NCBI RefSeq assembly: GCF_000143415.4
Contig: NW_003314312.1
Location: 129,261-193,260, forward strand
DNA: 64,000 nt
Source: Selaginella moellendorffii
Taxonomy: Eukaryota; Plantae; Lycopodiophyta
Reading direction: 5' to 3'
Shown one piece after another: positions 48,770 through 61,800 of the stretch (positions are counted from its first letter, which is position 1; every line of letters begins with the position of its first letter). The notes under the pieces are model-generated. The model had not been told where the DNA came from, searched no databases, and worked only from the letters and a program-made list of their open reading frames with translations. A program made the position numbers and the translations under genes.

Positions 48770-49105
48770 GGTGTAGATTTCTGCCTTTCGCTTTGAAGAT
48801 GGAACTCTCGTGAATCTATGCGACTTTAAGTACAAGCTTTGGTCATTTTTTTCTGCTGACAATACACCAGCTTATACGTAAACTTTGTTGTTTGTTTGAA
48901 AGCCTTTGATTCTTCGTTCCAGGCCTGTGTGTCGTATCAGGAATTTAAGAAAGCCGGTGCTGGAGTGATTGGATAGTCAAGAAACTCACACTCTTAGTTT
49001 CGACATGGTTTGAGTTTCTTGACACTAACGGTTGTATTGCAGGAGTTTCGCCAGAAACATCATCTCATATTTGCAAACTTTACAAAGAACTGAAGATCCT
49101 GGGCA
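48770..49105 (+). pseudogene. Decayed partial tandem copy of the adjacent peroxiredoxin Q gene
   Basis: Collinear similarity to ~49405-49845 (TTTAAGTACAAG, GCTGACAA.ACACC, GGAATTTAAGAAAGCCGGTGCTG, TCAAGAAACTCAC, CAGGAGTTTCGCCA), including intron sequence, with several deletions. Confidence 0.75.
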
Positions 49106-49269
49106 TTTATATGAGTAAATTCAATGTTAAACTCATAAAACTTTTTGGGTGTACTTTATGTCTGGATAACAAAATAAATTCTAGCACAACCGATTCAAAT
49201 TTAAAAGATATTTTTGTTTTCTCCATGGAATCGAGCTCGAGAAAATGACCTTTTGTATTATCCGTGGCT

Positions 49270-49982
49270 ATGGCGTCCTGTGTGAGTCGATTTCTCGGGC
49301 TACATTGCGGAGTGGGTTTCACTCCTCCAGCTCCACGGCAATTTCGTCCAGTTGCCAAGGTATGGATTATGATTGTTTGTATTTTTTATTGTCAATCTTT
49401 TGCGGTGTAGATCTCCGTGGGACAACGAATGCCTCCTTTCACTTTGAGGGACCAAGATGGAACTCTGGTGAATCTACTCGATTTTAAGTACAAGCCTCTG
49501 GTCATTTTCTTCTACCCGGCTGACAACACACCGGCTTGTACGAGAGAGGTAAAAAACTCTTTCCAAGCTTTGCTCTTTGTTTGAAAGCTGTTGGTTCTTC
49601 GTTTCCAGGCTTGCGCCTTTCGAGACTCGTATCGGGAATTTAAGAAAGCCGGTGCTGAAGTGCTTGGCATAAGCGCAGACGGTCAAGAAACTCACAAGGT
49701 TTGGGACTTTCTAAGCAAACTTTGTCTAGACTTCTTTGACACTCACGGTTGTATAGATCGCAGGAGTTTCGCCAAAAACATGATCTCCCATTCACGCTGC
49801 TCTGCGATTCCAGTGACAAACTTCGCAAGGAGCTGGAGATCCCGGGAGAGTTCTTCGGTGCATTGCCAGGGAGAGAAACTTACGTCCTCGACAGGAAAGG
49901 AATCGTTCGCATGGTTTTCAATGACCAGTACGCCGCGGAGCAGCACGTCGAAGAAGCTCTCAAAGCCATTCGCACAATGTAA
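49270..49982 (+). CDS. PRXQ: Peroxiredoxin Q / BCP-type peroxiredoxin, 4 exons
   Basis: MASCVSRF.. transit-like exon 49270-49359, then FYPADNTPACTRE|ACAFRD (CxxxxC), VLGISAD, LPFTLLCD and PGRETYVLD. Confidence 0.87.
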
Positions 49983-50190
49983 GTATACAAACCTTCTCTT
50001 GTTTCTGTTAATAACTCCCTTACTGTGGTTTGGATCTCGCCATGGATTGACAGGACCAAGCGTGGCTTTGGCGGGTGATTGATTATATTATTGCTTTCTA
50101 GCATTAAAAACCATATTATTCTACTATGATATAAGAAGCTAGCTCTAGAATTGGTTATGGAAGAAAGAAACGAGTACAATATAAGGTCAG

Positions 50191-50781
50191 CTATGGCTTC
50201 TTTTTGTTCTTCTTGTTGCTTGCCACAGTGACGAGCTTCTCCTTGACACCACCCTTTTCCTTTTTGCTGACAATGGTCGCGCTAGTCGTGGAGTTTGTGT
50301 AGCCCTTTCGCTTGCAGAGCTCCAATCTCAAATCCTCCGAGTGAGCAATGCTGGCGAGGAAGGGGATGAGCGCAAGGAGCTCCTGGTCTGTGTCGTCCCC
50401 ACGGTAGAATGGAGTGATTGGCAACGCGTTCTCCTGGTTATACTTGTAAGTGCTCGGGGTGTCGTCCACCACCACAACCCTGGCCATGTCCCTCCCTAAA
50501 TCCTTGAGGATCTTGTGATTCACTCCTACCTTGGGGCTCACACATGAGTTTCCATACAGGATAAACGCAAACCTTCCTTTGTCGATGGCTGTCACCCATT
50601 GTTCCGCCAGCGCTTGAGGGCCTGCGGTGAAGAGGACGATCTCGTACAAAGCAGACATCTGGTCCAGGAATTCCTCCAGGCCTGGACGCTGCACTTCGCC
50701 ATGCACCAAGGTGTGATCCAAATCCAGGACCAGCGTCGCCCGACCGTGATGCTCCAGACGTTGCTCCTGGAGAAGAGGCAT
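50191..50781 (-). CDS. FCP1/SCP (NIF-domain) HAD-family CTD-phosphatase-like protein, intronless
   Basis: TLVLDLDHTLVH (DxDxT), RPGLEEFL, YEIVLFTA, K.L..LGRD...VVVVDD and N..PI..F..D.EL..L. Confidence 0.8.
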   Translation of the reverse strand: MPLLQEQRLEHHGRATLVLDLDHTLVHGEVQRPGLEEFLDQMSALYEIVLFTAGPQALAEQWVTAIDKGRFAFILYGNSCVSPKVGVNHKILKDLGRDMARVVVVDDTPSTYKYNQENALPITPFYRGDDTDQELLALIPFLASIAHSEDLRLELCKRKGYTNSTTSATIVSKKEKGGVKEKLVTVASNKKNKKKP

Positions 50782-50809
50782 CGTGTTTGATATCAACCCT
50801 AGCTATGGT

Positions 50810-50812
<3 letters not shown>

Positions 50813-50841
<29 letters not shown>
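50813..50841. repeat. (AT)n microsatellite
   Basis: About 14 AT units directly upstream of the phosphatase ORF. Confidence 0.9.
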
Positions 50842-50843
<2 letters not shown>

Positions 50844-51049
50844 AAAGGATAAGGTATTTAGTGGTTTGCTTAAGCAAACCTGAGTGAATATATTTAAAAT
50901 ATGTTTAAATATTCTAGAATAGCTTACTATTTACTTTTGTATTTATAATTTATAAATTCTCCTAAGCACTTTCTAGTATATTCTAGTTTATTTTACTATC
51001 TAATGGTTGATATATAATAAGATTAATCTTGTGTTTATAAATTATAAAT

Positions 51050-54000
51050 TGTGAGGGCCAAGTGTACGGCTACGATACCATATACTAATATTAGCGTAGT
51101 GGGATTTTGGTAGCTGTCAGATTGGTTTTAATCCGGACCACTCACTCCTTAATATAAATTAGAGTTTTTGGGCTAATTGATATGCACATTTTTGTATTCC
51201 CTTTCCATATTCCATGCACTCACATTGGTGGAGGTGAAGGGCACTTTTGATTATCCTTGAAGAATGCTTGGATTTGGGATTTTGGTTTAAATCTAACTTT
51301 TGCATTGTCTAGATCTAACTTTTTCCATTTCTTTTCTTTTGTTATTCCCTTTTAGGATTTTGATTTAGATCTAGCTTTTTGCATTGTTTAGATCTACTAT
51401 TTCCTTCTAGTTTTTTGTCATTTCTTTTCTTTTGCTCTTTCTTTTTCGTTCATCTTCATGGCGGATCAGCAATCTCCTCCTTTGACTCTAGAGTAGCAGT
51501 TGGTCCAATTGCTTGATGCTATGCATTTGCAATTGAACAACCAAACTCAATTGATGGTGGCATACGTGGTCCAACTTCTCCTGCTCTTGGTGCCAATCCT
51601 CGCATTCGTCTGGAGTTCTTTCGTAGGAATCCTAGGGATAATGTGTACTATTGGTTCGATCACTTCACGGTGATTGCCACATATCATTCTTGGGATGATG
51701 CTCGATGTTTGCGTGAGTTTCCCACGTGTCTCCAAGGGACGGCATTGCAATGGTACAATGGGTTGAGCACGGCCACTCGTGGGGATTGGAGTGTTCTTCC
51801 AGACATCTTCAAACGTGCCTTCGAACATACCGACGATTGTGATGATGCCTTCCAACAATTGCATCATCTTTGCCAAGGGCCATCTGAGTCGGTGATGCAA
51901 TTTAGCGTTCGTTTCCGAAGTCTTTTGCTTCGTGCGAAGCCCAATATGTCGGAGCGGATCAAGCTAGGAATGTTGTGGCCAGCACTTCGTCAAGATCTTG
52001 TTGGACTTGTGCATGCACTTGCTCCTGCCACCCTTGACGATGCTCTTCATTTGGCACAACGTTATGAGACGTCGCCTCTTCCACTTCTCGCTGCACGTCC
52101 TTCAACTCCACTTCCTACGAGTAATGGTCCTGTTCTAATAGAGGTTGATGCTGCTGCTACTCGAGTCCAAGGACAAGGGCGAGGACGTGGTCGTGGCCGT
52201 GATGTTCGTTGCTAGGTGTGTGATGAAGTTGGTCATACTTATCGGCGTTGTCGGTGCTTTCCGGATTGGCGACTTCCATTTACTGGGTGGAGACCTTGGT
52301 GTCAACAATGTCCCGTTGGTGCTGTTATAGTGGAAGGTTTGGACACCGCGGTGCATCCGGGAAATGAGGAGTCGCGCGAGTAACAAAGGGACCTTGCGCG
52401 AATAAGTTAGTGACTCCTCCATCTTTCTTTCGGGAGTATCATCAAGGGGTTCACTCGGCACCAGTTCATCCAATGTTTACTTTCCAAGCTCGTTTTTATA
52501 AGAGGTCTCCTATTATTCTCTCCGTGTTGGTTGATACAGGTTCGAGTTTATCTTCTTTTGCTCGACCTGTTGCCACACGTTGTCGTCTACACTTGCATCA
52601 TGCGGCGGACCCAATTTTCATTCTTTATGGCAATGGCCATACACATGCATGTGCACGAGATGAGGCAGATCTGGTTGTGCATGTGGGCGATCTCGAGCTT
52701 GAGCTACAGTCATTGCAGGTGGTGTTGAGTCAAGCTTTTGACCTCATTTTTGGTATGGATTGGTTGCAGCGCAATCATGCCAAGTGTGACTTTGAAGCTT
52801 CTCCCCCTTGTCTCATACTTTCTTATGTTTCAACCATTCCTCTCACTTCTATACCTTTCGTCCCTTTACCTCTACCTCTGCTTCCATTACTTTTGTTCCC
52901 CCACTATTTCCTCTTGTGTTTCTATCTTGTTCTACTCTTCTCTGTTCCGATCCCTTTGACGATCTTTGTATTGCAGCTGTTGACTAGCTCATGAAGGAGT
53001 ATTCTGATCTCTTTGAATTTGACCTATTGTCTGGGGCCAAGATTGCCACACGTCATCCCATTCCAACCAGGGATGCTCGTTCAATCAAGGTTCCGGTTTG
53101 TCGTCGGTCACCCAAGGAGATCAAGATTTTATGTGCAAACGTCAAGGAGATGTTAGAGAAGGGTGTTATTCAGAAGTCGCGGAGTCCTTAGGCATGTGAA
53201 CTTCATCTTGTGACAAAGCCTGATGGGAGTATTCGTTTTTGCATTGACTATCGTCCGTTAAATGAAGTGACGATCCCGGATGTGTACCCTCTTCCTCACA
53301 TTGCTGATCTCTTGGATCGTCTGGGGCGAAGTCGTTGGTTCACCAAGTTAGATTTTGCTTCTGGGTATTAGCAAGTATCGATGGCCAAAGAAGATATTCC
53401 TAAGACTGTTTTTCATACACTGTTTGGTTTGTACGAGTTTTTGGTGATGTCGTTTGGTTTGAACAATGCTCTAGTAACTTTCTAGCAGATGATGGATGAG
53501 GTTCTTTGTGATATGCTAGAAGTGACTACTAACTTCATTGATGATGTCTTGATTCACTCGGAAGGGACGTGGGAGGAACACATTCGTGATGTGTGTAAAG
53601 TCTTGGATCGGTTACGGGATGTTAGTTTAAAGCTGAAGCGGTTGAAGTGCATGTTTGGGTCCAAGGACACAACTTATCTTGGGTACCGTATTTTTCGTGA
53701 GGGTTTGCAAGTTAGTCCTGATAAACTTGTAGCCATTCTAAAGTTCCCTACTCCGAAGTGTGTGAATGATGTGCAGTGCTTCCTGGGCAAGGTGCAGTAT
53801 CTCGGTCGTTTTGTGGATCATCTTTCTGATCGCACTGCACCGTTGTGAACATTGCTGAAGTCATCACCGTCATCTTTCATCTAATCTTCAGATTGTGAGT
53901 AGGCATTTGTGGATCTCAAAGTGTTGTTGATGACTCCTCCAGTTTTGGCATATCATGACTACACTCGACTTTTTATTTTGTGCGTAGATGCTTCTGATAT

Positions 54001-55991
54001 TGGTCATGGAGGTGTGTTAATGCAAGAAAGCCTGAGTGTGCCTGGTCAGTGTCATCCCATTACATATATAAGCCGTATGTTACAACCAGCAGAGGTGAAC
54101 TACTCCACGACAGAGAAGGAGTGTTTAGCAGTAGTTTGAGGTTTCGAGAAAATTCATGCATATCTACATGGTTATCGGACGTTACTTAAAGGTGACCATG
54201 CTGCCGTTACTTCATTATTGAAGTAGAAGAACCTGGTTGGTCATACTACTTGGTGGGCTTTGAAGCTTCAGATATATGATTTTGATGTTGTTCATTAGTT
54301 CTATGGCTAATGCTGATGCCCTTTCTCGAGCTCCTCTTCCTTCTCCACTCTCTTCTCATGTTTCTGATGAGCCTATTATTCCAGCATCTATGGATTTTCT
54401 AAATGAAGATTCTATGCCGTCGGCGGTTGTTGTACTTGACGTTTAGTGTCCACAAGGCGCAGAGCAAGATCTACCTTTTCTTGATGAGGTTTGCGAGGCT
54501 CAAAAGATTAAGCCGTGGATTCGAAGGCTTTGAGATGCGTTTGAGGATCCTGCATCACTTGTTGATGACTTGCCTTTCCGGCATTTACATTTTCAATATC
54601 GCCTTGAAGATGGCTTTCTTTATTTTGTGGGGACAGATCCTGATGATCATTTACAGCTAGTGGTGCCTTCTGTCTTTATTCCGCGGTTTCTCCATGCCTA
54701 CCATGATTCTCTTGTTCTAGGTGGGCATATGGGACATTGTCGTGTGACCAAGAAGCTACGCAAGTCTTTTTATTAGCCGGAGATGCGATGTGATGTTATC
54801 CAGTATGTGCATAACTGCGTTTGGTGCCAAGCTTGTAATACTCCCCCTTGTGCTACGGAAGGACAGTTGAAATCAATTGTAATTTCCTATCCATTTGAGT
54901 TGGTGGTGTTTGATCTTATGGGACCTTTTCGATGGTCCACTGCTGGCAATAAGTATATTATTATTGCTTCTGACTACTTGACTCATTGGGGGGAAGTTGG
55001 TACTCTTGCTAGCACCTCTGCAATTGCTACTTCCTCCTCAATCGAGTGGTGTTCCAGCATTCTTGTCCGGAGCGGATTCTTTTGGATAATGGTTGAGGCA
55101 TTTCATGTTTTGACGTCTCGGTTGGGGATATGCCACACTTTCACGAGTGCTTATCATCCATAGTCAGATGGTCTGGTGAAACGACTCGTTCGGACATTCA
55201 AAGGGATGATTGCGATGTGAACTTTTAGTATTCGGATTGGAATGGTTATTTGCCGTTTCTTCGGTATGCCTATGTTACAGGGGTGTAGAGTTCTGTTGGT
55301 TCTTCACTATATAAACTTTTATATGGTCATGATCCAATATTACCAATAGAGCTGAGTTTACCTTCGCGATTGCCACGAGCTCCCAATGCTAGGTCATGAA
55401 ATCAATATTTGATGAGCATTCTTCCACTTGTCCGAGCAGAATCTGCCGAACACTTAGGCCGCATACAAGTGAGATAACAACGACGCTACAACTCCCATCA
55501 TCATCCATCTGTAGAGTACAAAATGGATGATTTGGTGTTAGTTCGTTTTCCCCATCTTACGATACGTGGTTTATCTAAAGGGCTCCTTGCGCAGTGGAAA
55601 GGACCGTATCGGGTGTTGTAGCAAGTTGGACCGCAAGTTTATGAGGTTCGGCATGACATCCAGCAGGCCGATCCTCCGGAGATTGTGCATATGTAGCGGT
55701 TGAAACGCTTCATACAAAAGGATCAGGAGCAGTTAATACCATCTATAGACCTGCCTCTTGACATTCCTCTAGATCCTGGCCCGTCTACAAAAGAACCTTG
55801 ATTATTCCGAGAGGAGGGAATGATTTGAGGGCCAAGTGTACAGTTACGATGTCGTATACTAATATTAGTGTAGTGGGATTTTGATAGCCGTCGGATTGGT
55901 TTCAATCCGGACCACTCGCTTTTGTATATAAACTAAGGTTTTTGGGCTAATTGATATACACATTTCTATATTCCCTTTATATGCACTCACA
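51050..55991 (+). mobile_element. Full-length but defective short-LTR Ty3/gypsy retrotransposon (family A)
   Basis: LTRs at 51050-51224 and 55824-55991, flanked by AAAT. PBS TGGTGGAGGTG at 51226-51236, PPT GAGAGGAGGGAA at ~55809-55820. Domain order is gag (broken CCHC), protease (VDTGS), RT (DYRPLN, FIDDV), RNase H (VDAS) and integrase (H..H..C..C, FDLMGP, GPY). Many stops. Confidence 0.93.
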
Positions 55992-56201
55992 AAATGTGTT
56001 TAAAGTTATAAGTTTTTAAATTAATTAATTGCATTAATAAATAATAAGTACTCAACTCTAAAGTGTTTTGTAAACCTAAATGCTATGAAAAATGTAAATC
56101 TAATTTCTTAATCCTACTAAATATAAACCATGTTTTGAAAAAGAAAAGAGTCTTAACTTAACGTTTATTTAGCACTTAACCATAAGCTTTAAACTTGTCT
56201 T

Positions 56202-57765
56202 TCAGCTCTCAAGGAAAACTTTTCCACCTCTTGCCATTGTTTCCGAGGCTTCCATCGCAGCCTTAAACTCGGAGAGAGGGAATCTCTTGCCGGAAAAGGG
56301 CTGGATGACTTTGGATTCCAAGAGCTTCCATGCTTCGCTGATGAAAGCGTTTCTCTCCTGCTCGATCTCCCAGTGATTCACGAGGATCCAGCCGGTAACG
56401 TGAACTTGCCGGAGCAGATCGTGGATGCGGATGCTTGCTTCCATGGAGGACAGAACACCGTAAACGAAAACCGTGCCCCCTCGCCTCACGCTTGCTGCCA
56501 CACTCTGGAAAATCGAAGCAAAAGACGAGTAAAGCCCGAGAAATTCTTCCATGAAAAGAAAAACCTTTGTTAGCTCTCCTCCAACGCAATCTAGAGCCCC
56601 GTGGACCAGTTTTTTGTCCGTGATCTCCTTCACTCTCGCAACAACGTCTGGAAAAGGAGATAAGTTAGCAAGAACAAGAATTCACTCCATCGCCGTCACC
56701 TTCGGTGGTGGAGCATATAACTTCGTCAGCTCCGAGTTGTCTCAGTTCCTCCTTTTGCTCCTCGCGTCTCACAACGTTGATGGTCTTGATCCCCAAGTGC
56801 TTCGCGAGCTGGATGATTTGCCTGTAGAAACACAAGCTAAGTTACGTTCCTAACAAAAAGAAGAATCAATACGAGACCTGCCTAACACTGATCCAGCTGC
56901 TGTTTGCAAGATGTATTCCCCTGGAGGAGTTGCAAGGTCCCTGAGCATCCCAATGGCGGTCCAGGGATTGATGACAAACTGTGCCGCTACTTCGTCGGGA
57001 ATGGAATCGGGAACCAAAGAGAGCATCTCTTCTCGCACGGAGACGTAGTCTTGCCACGAGCCATCGCCGGTTTGCTTCAGTCCCTCCCACATGAAAGGAA
57101 CTACGCGTTGTCCAACCTTCACTTTCGTGACACCATCTCCAACCTGTAAACTTGACGCAATCAGTCCAAATGCAAAAGAAAAACGTAAGCTGGGATTCAC
57201 AACTAAGTTTGCTGGAAATTCAATGCTCGCAAGAAGTTCTAAAGCCCAGAAAGCCATGGAACTCGTAGCAAACGAGCAATCATCCAAGACTTTTCCAAGG
57301 AATTCTCTGATCACATACCAAATGCAAAAGAAAAACGAAAGCTGGGATTCACAACTAAGTTCGCCGGAAATTCGAGCACTAGGCTAGCATCGAATCTCCT
57401 TGCAAGAAGCTAGCAACAAAACTTTCAAGTTCTAAAGCCCAGACAGCCATCAAAACGAAAATAGAGAGCTCATAGCCAACGAGAAATCATCCAAAACCAC
57501 GAGAGGCAAGAATTTTCCAAGGAATGGTCTGATCACATACCGCGTGAACGATCCCGTATCCTTCAGAGCCCGGAGTAGAGACCGGATGCCCGAATCGACC
57601 AGTGCGGATGGAGATGAGATCCGTGGGATTGATCGGCCTGAGAAGAATGCGCACAATCACACGACCTGGCGAGGGATCCGGCACCGGCTTGCTGGTGAGC
57701 TCCAGCTCCAACTCGCCTCCATCGCCGCGCTTAGCCAAAATCGCGCGATTAGTGATCGCTGCCAT
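56202..57765 (-). CDS. NADPH-dependent medium-chain reductase (enoyl-thioester reductase / quinone oxidoreductase-like), multi-exon
   Basis: Motifs PINPTDL, PGSEGYGIV, AAQFVINPWTA, QTAAGSVLGR, ALDCVGG and RGGKVFL. Confidence 0.87.
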
Positions 57766-58071
57766 GGCGGAGCTACGCAACAGAAAACCTCGAAAGTTTA
57801 ATGGCCAAAACAGAAAATATTCGCTACTTTTAACCTTTCAGGTAAGGAAAAACAAAATTACCCGCTGTAAAAATGTAAATATTTTGGCCCACGGCAAGAC
57901 AAGTGTGGCCACCATCTTTGGAGAAAAAGAACATCTGTGGGAGTTTCCAGCTGGCAGCCAACCAGTGGTAGGTTGCCAGTGCCAAACTGGCTGGAGAGAG
58001 AGAGAGGGTCCTTGCTCTTTTTAAACCCTAAAAATATATCCCCTGGGCCTTGTTGTTTTGTTGCAGCCAAA

Positions 58072-58743
58072 ATGGTGGGAGCCTCTTCCAATGCCGCTCT
58101 CAAGGACAACCTCTTGAGCCTCCAGGAGCTGGCTAAAAAAATGGACGATTTCGCCAAAGCCAGAGACTGGGACCAGTTCCACAGCCCAAGAAATCTGCTC
58201 CTGGCACTTGTATGACTCTGCAAAGCTTTCCATCCATTTTTCCTGTTGCTCCTGCTGCTATGATCCATATTTCTCCTGTTCCAGTCCCATTCTCTGTGTT
58301 TGTTTTGTTTTGTTTCCTGGAGTCTCTATCAAGGAGCCCCTGTTTGTTTCCCAGTAGCTCGTGTGAAATCCATCTGTCTCTAAAGAGTTGTATGTTCCCT
58401 ATGCTTTTCTGCTTTGCACGCTCTGAGAGATCGCATGCTTTGCACTGTGAGAGAGACCAGCTGACTTACTTGCAGGAGGGGAAGCGCACAGGTTGGCGAA
58501 GTTGGCGAGCTCTCCGAAGTGTTCCAGTGGAAGGGAGAAGTTCAGAAAGGCCTTCCCGATTGGACTGCCGCCGAGAAGGAGCATCTCGGCGACGAGCTGT
58601 CCGATGTGCTGCTCTATCTCACGCGCCTGGCGGATGTCTGCGGGGTGGATTTGAGCCAGGCCGCTCTTCGCAAGCTCGCCAAGAATGACAAGAAGTATCC
58701 CGTGGACAAGTGCCGAGGCTCCTCCAACAAGTACACCGCCTAG
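58072..58743 (+). CDS. DCTPP1: dCTP pyrophosphatase 1 (MazG-like all-alpha NTP pyrophosphatase), 2 exons (58072-58209, 58492-58743)
   Basis: RDWDQFHSPRNLLLAL|VGEVGELSEVFQW, ELSDVLLYL.RLAD and N..KYP. Confidence 0.92.
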
Positions 58744-58886
58744 GAAGGCCACACTGGGAGATAGAAATGAATCTCATATTTTCGCTCGATCGCGGTTTTG
58801 ACGAGATCTGACGCCTGTAAGAAGAACGCCAAGGTCGTTTCTGGACATATAGATCAGTGCTGACATTGTTTACCTCTTGTTTTGTC

Positions 58887-61800
58887 TCACTGAAAATCGT
58901 CCCACTCGTCATTGCTTGACGGGCTCTCTGGTGCAGGGACTGGAGGTGGCGAAGCAGGCTTTGCGATGACGGCAGGAAGTGGCTTCATGGCAACGGGCAT
59001 CTTGATTGGACCCGGCACAGGAGGCGAAGCGCGTGCATCCTGAGTCACAGACGTTCTAATAATCTCCTGCAAGATGGAGAAACATGTCTCATGATGGAGG
59101 AAAAGAATCACAGCAAACCCTTGCCTGTAGTTTTCCTCGGGCTTCAGGCGGCAGATCCAGTAGCACGGCTTTAAATTGGGTGGCGGATGCAGGCACGGAT
59201 GCCAATTGTGTGACAAGCTTTACAGCCACGCTCGTGAATGATGTTGCCAGCTGACAAAAACCGTGTAAGAAACGCACACATGAGGAGGCTCAACTTCAAA
59301 CTTACTGTTGTTGCTTGGACAATCGCCATTAACAAGACGTGTAAAACTTCTCGTTGAACATCATCACCCTCAACCAAGGATCGGAGTTGAACTAATAGTT
59401 TCAAACTCTCCACAACGGCGTTGGTTTGAGCGGATGACAACGTTCCCTGGAAAACAAGTTACGAAACGAATTCGTCCAAGCTGAAACCAACCTTTGGCAA
59501 AGCCTCGACTATGCATGCGACATCTGCCCCAAGCTCGCGCATGAGCAACAACGCCCAGCTACATTTGCTAGCCTTTGGTTGCTCTGTGATTCCTGCTTGT
59601 ACAGTGGCGCTTAGAGTCTGAACAACAGCTAGTTGAACCTGACAAATGAGACGATCAGTACAATCCACGGAGAAAGCACTCACGAGAGACAACATACCAA
59701 CGGATTGTTCGTCGCCAGAGCAGCACGAAGAGAATCGATGCAGCACTTTTGAGCAGATGATTTCAGACTCCGGGTAGCATCACTATCTGGCACTGTGCGT
59801 GCTACAGCCACCAATATGCCCAGCAAGATTTGTACGTGTTGTATGGTGTTCTGGTCCAAGCTCTTAGTATTCCACTGCTTTTCACACATTGATGCCAAGC
59901 TCTCAACGGAAGCTGATAGAACAGCGCATCTGTCCTCAACTGGGAAATGCTCCACAGACGACTCATCTGAGCATTACACACCAAATCAGAGCCCTACGCA
60001 TGCCAAGAGAAATATTTTACCAGTTTTCGACGCAGCCGTTGTGAGGCATGTAACAAATGTTGTTACGGATGACAGAGCATTTCCTGAGAGTCCTCGCAAG
60101 CTCAGAAGCTTCAAGCCCGCACATAGCAGTTGTGGAATAAGGTCGCCTTGCATCTGACATACAATTATTAGAAGCTTGTGAAGCTTAGCAAGGTCGCAAA
60201 CCTTGCTATTTAGACAAGCAACCAGATTTCCTAAGGTAGAAAGAGCGCAACAAACAACTGCATCGCTTTCAAATGTGTCCCATCTATTTTCTTCGCTGAA
60301 GAAAATAAAAAGCGCGAGTTTCAGGTGATAATCCAGGAACAAAGTCTCACCTGGCCAGCAGATCGCTACAATAACTCATGGAAATATCGACAATGGTAAC
60401 AACTAAATCTTCGTTGTGAAGGTATGTTTCAGGCGTCGAATTCACAATCTACGAAAGCATTAGAAAATTAAAAATAATATAAAAGGTTTGAAAGGATAAA
60501 CTCACTTGCTCTACGACACATACGATTGCCATCGGGGCCCAAGAATAGGCCTGAAAACTCGGATTGAGAAGCATCTGTTTAGAAACGTTAGATACAGAAA
60601 ATGCCAACAAAAAAGCCAAGAGTAACGCGCTAGACTTACAGATAGAAGTTCCTGGCACAGGTCAATTGAAAGCATTGCGGGTGAGTAGAAACTGGGAGAG
60701 CAAAGGCATCGAAGAGCACGTAATGCTACAAGCTGTAAGTTTGCATTTCCCGCAGGACTGTTTCCCATTATCCTTCCGCTGAACGAAGGAAAACTTCGGG
60801 CATGATGACTACGATCAGAGACTTTCGACCCCTTGTTTAGCAAAATGAGGACTGATAAAGCCCATATGAGCAAGAAATCGCTGTTGTTGAGTTCAACAGG
60901 TTTCAGCGTTGACAACTCGGTAGGCACTGCGTTTGAAGCAGGTACGGCATCCACGGCAACAGCTTCCAGGATAAGTGAAGAAACTTCGTGCAGGTGAGGT
61001 TGAAGCTTTGCAGCAATAGCTGGTGACTCCATTCCTTCCAAAAACGGTTTATAATTTTGCTGCACCAAACACATAGTCTTTGTAAGAACCGAAATGTATG
61101 ATTTCGTACCTGCATCTTTCCCGAAAATTGAGTGCAAACCATAGTGTAATCCTTGAGAAGGCCAATCCAGCAACGATTGAGTAAGTTAACATGGTTCCCC
61201 AGAAGGGAAATCAAGAGATTTCCGACTACAGCCTTTTCAGGCCCGCTTTTCAAACAGGCGAGAGCATACGTTTTCACGGCGGCATGAGCACCAAGTAAGC
61301 CAGCTTTTACCTGCAGATCAATATTTATGCGACGTATAGTCAGGTGCCTCAAATTATACGTACCTTACAACAAACCCACTCGGCGTAGGAAGTGTAATTG
61401 AGGCTATCCCAGTTCGACAAAGGACGAGATATTAAGTTCAAAACTCTTTGAAGAACTCCACGGTCATTGCCAGCAACTCCACTCGTCACAATCTGAAAAG
61501 AATAACAGTCATTAAACAAATCATCTTTGAAATTTTTGCATACCCTCGCGGCCAGTCTTGCACCTGAAGCCATAAGCAACGGACTGGCAGACGGTTCTAA
61601 TGCCGTGCGGACAGCTGACAAGAATTGAGCCTGACAATAGAGAAAAAGAGTCAATATTAATCAATTCCTGTGCCTAGAGGAACCTGATATTGCTCCAATA
61701 AGAGGTGGCCCGCATACTCTGGGTCTGGATCTTCTGTTTTTCCGAACTGCGGCGATACGAAAAATATTGAGTTTCTACACAGGATAGATACAAACTTGCG

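Noticed and set aside
30082-58743. Biosynthetic gene cluster around PAL
   Set aside because: The neighbours (ClpX, ATG9, AGPase, PrxQ, DCTPP1) are functionally unrelated housekeeping genes, and no P450, 4CL or PKS is present.
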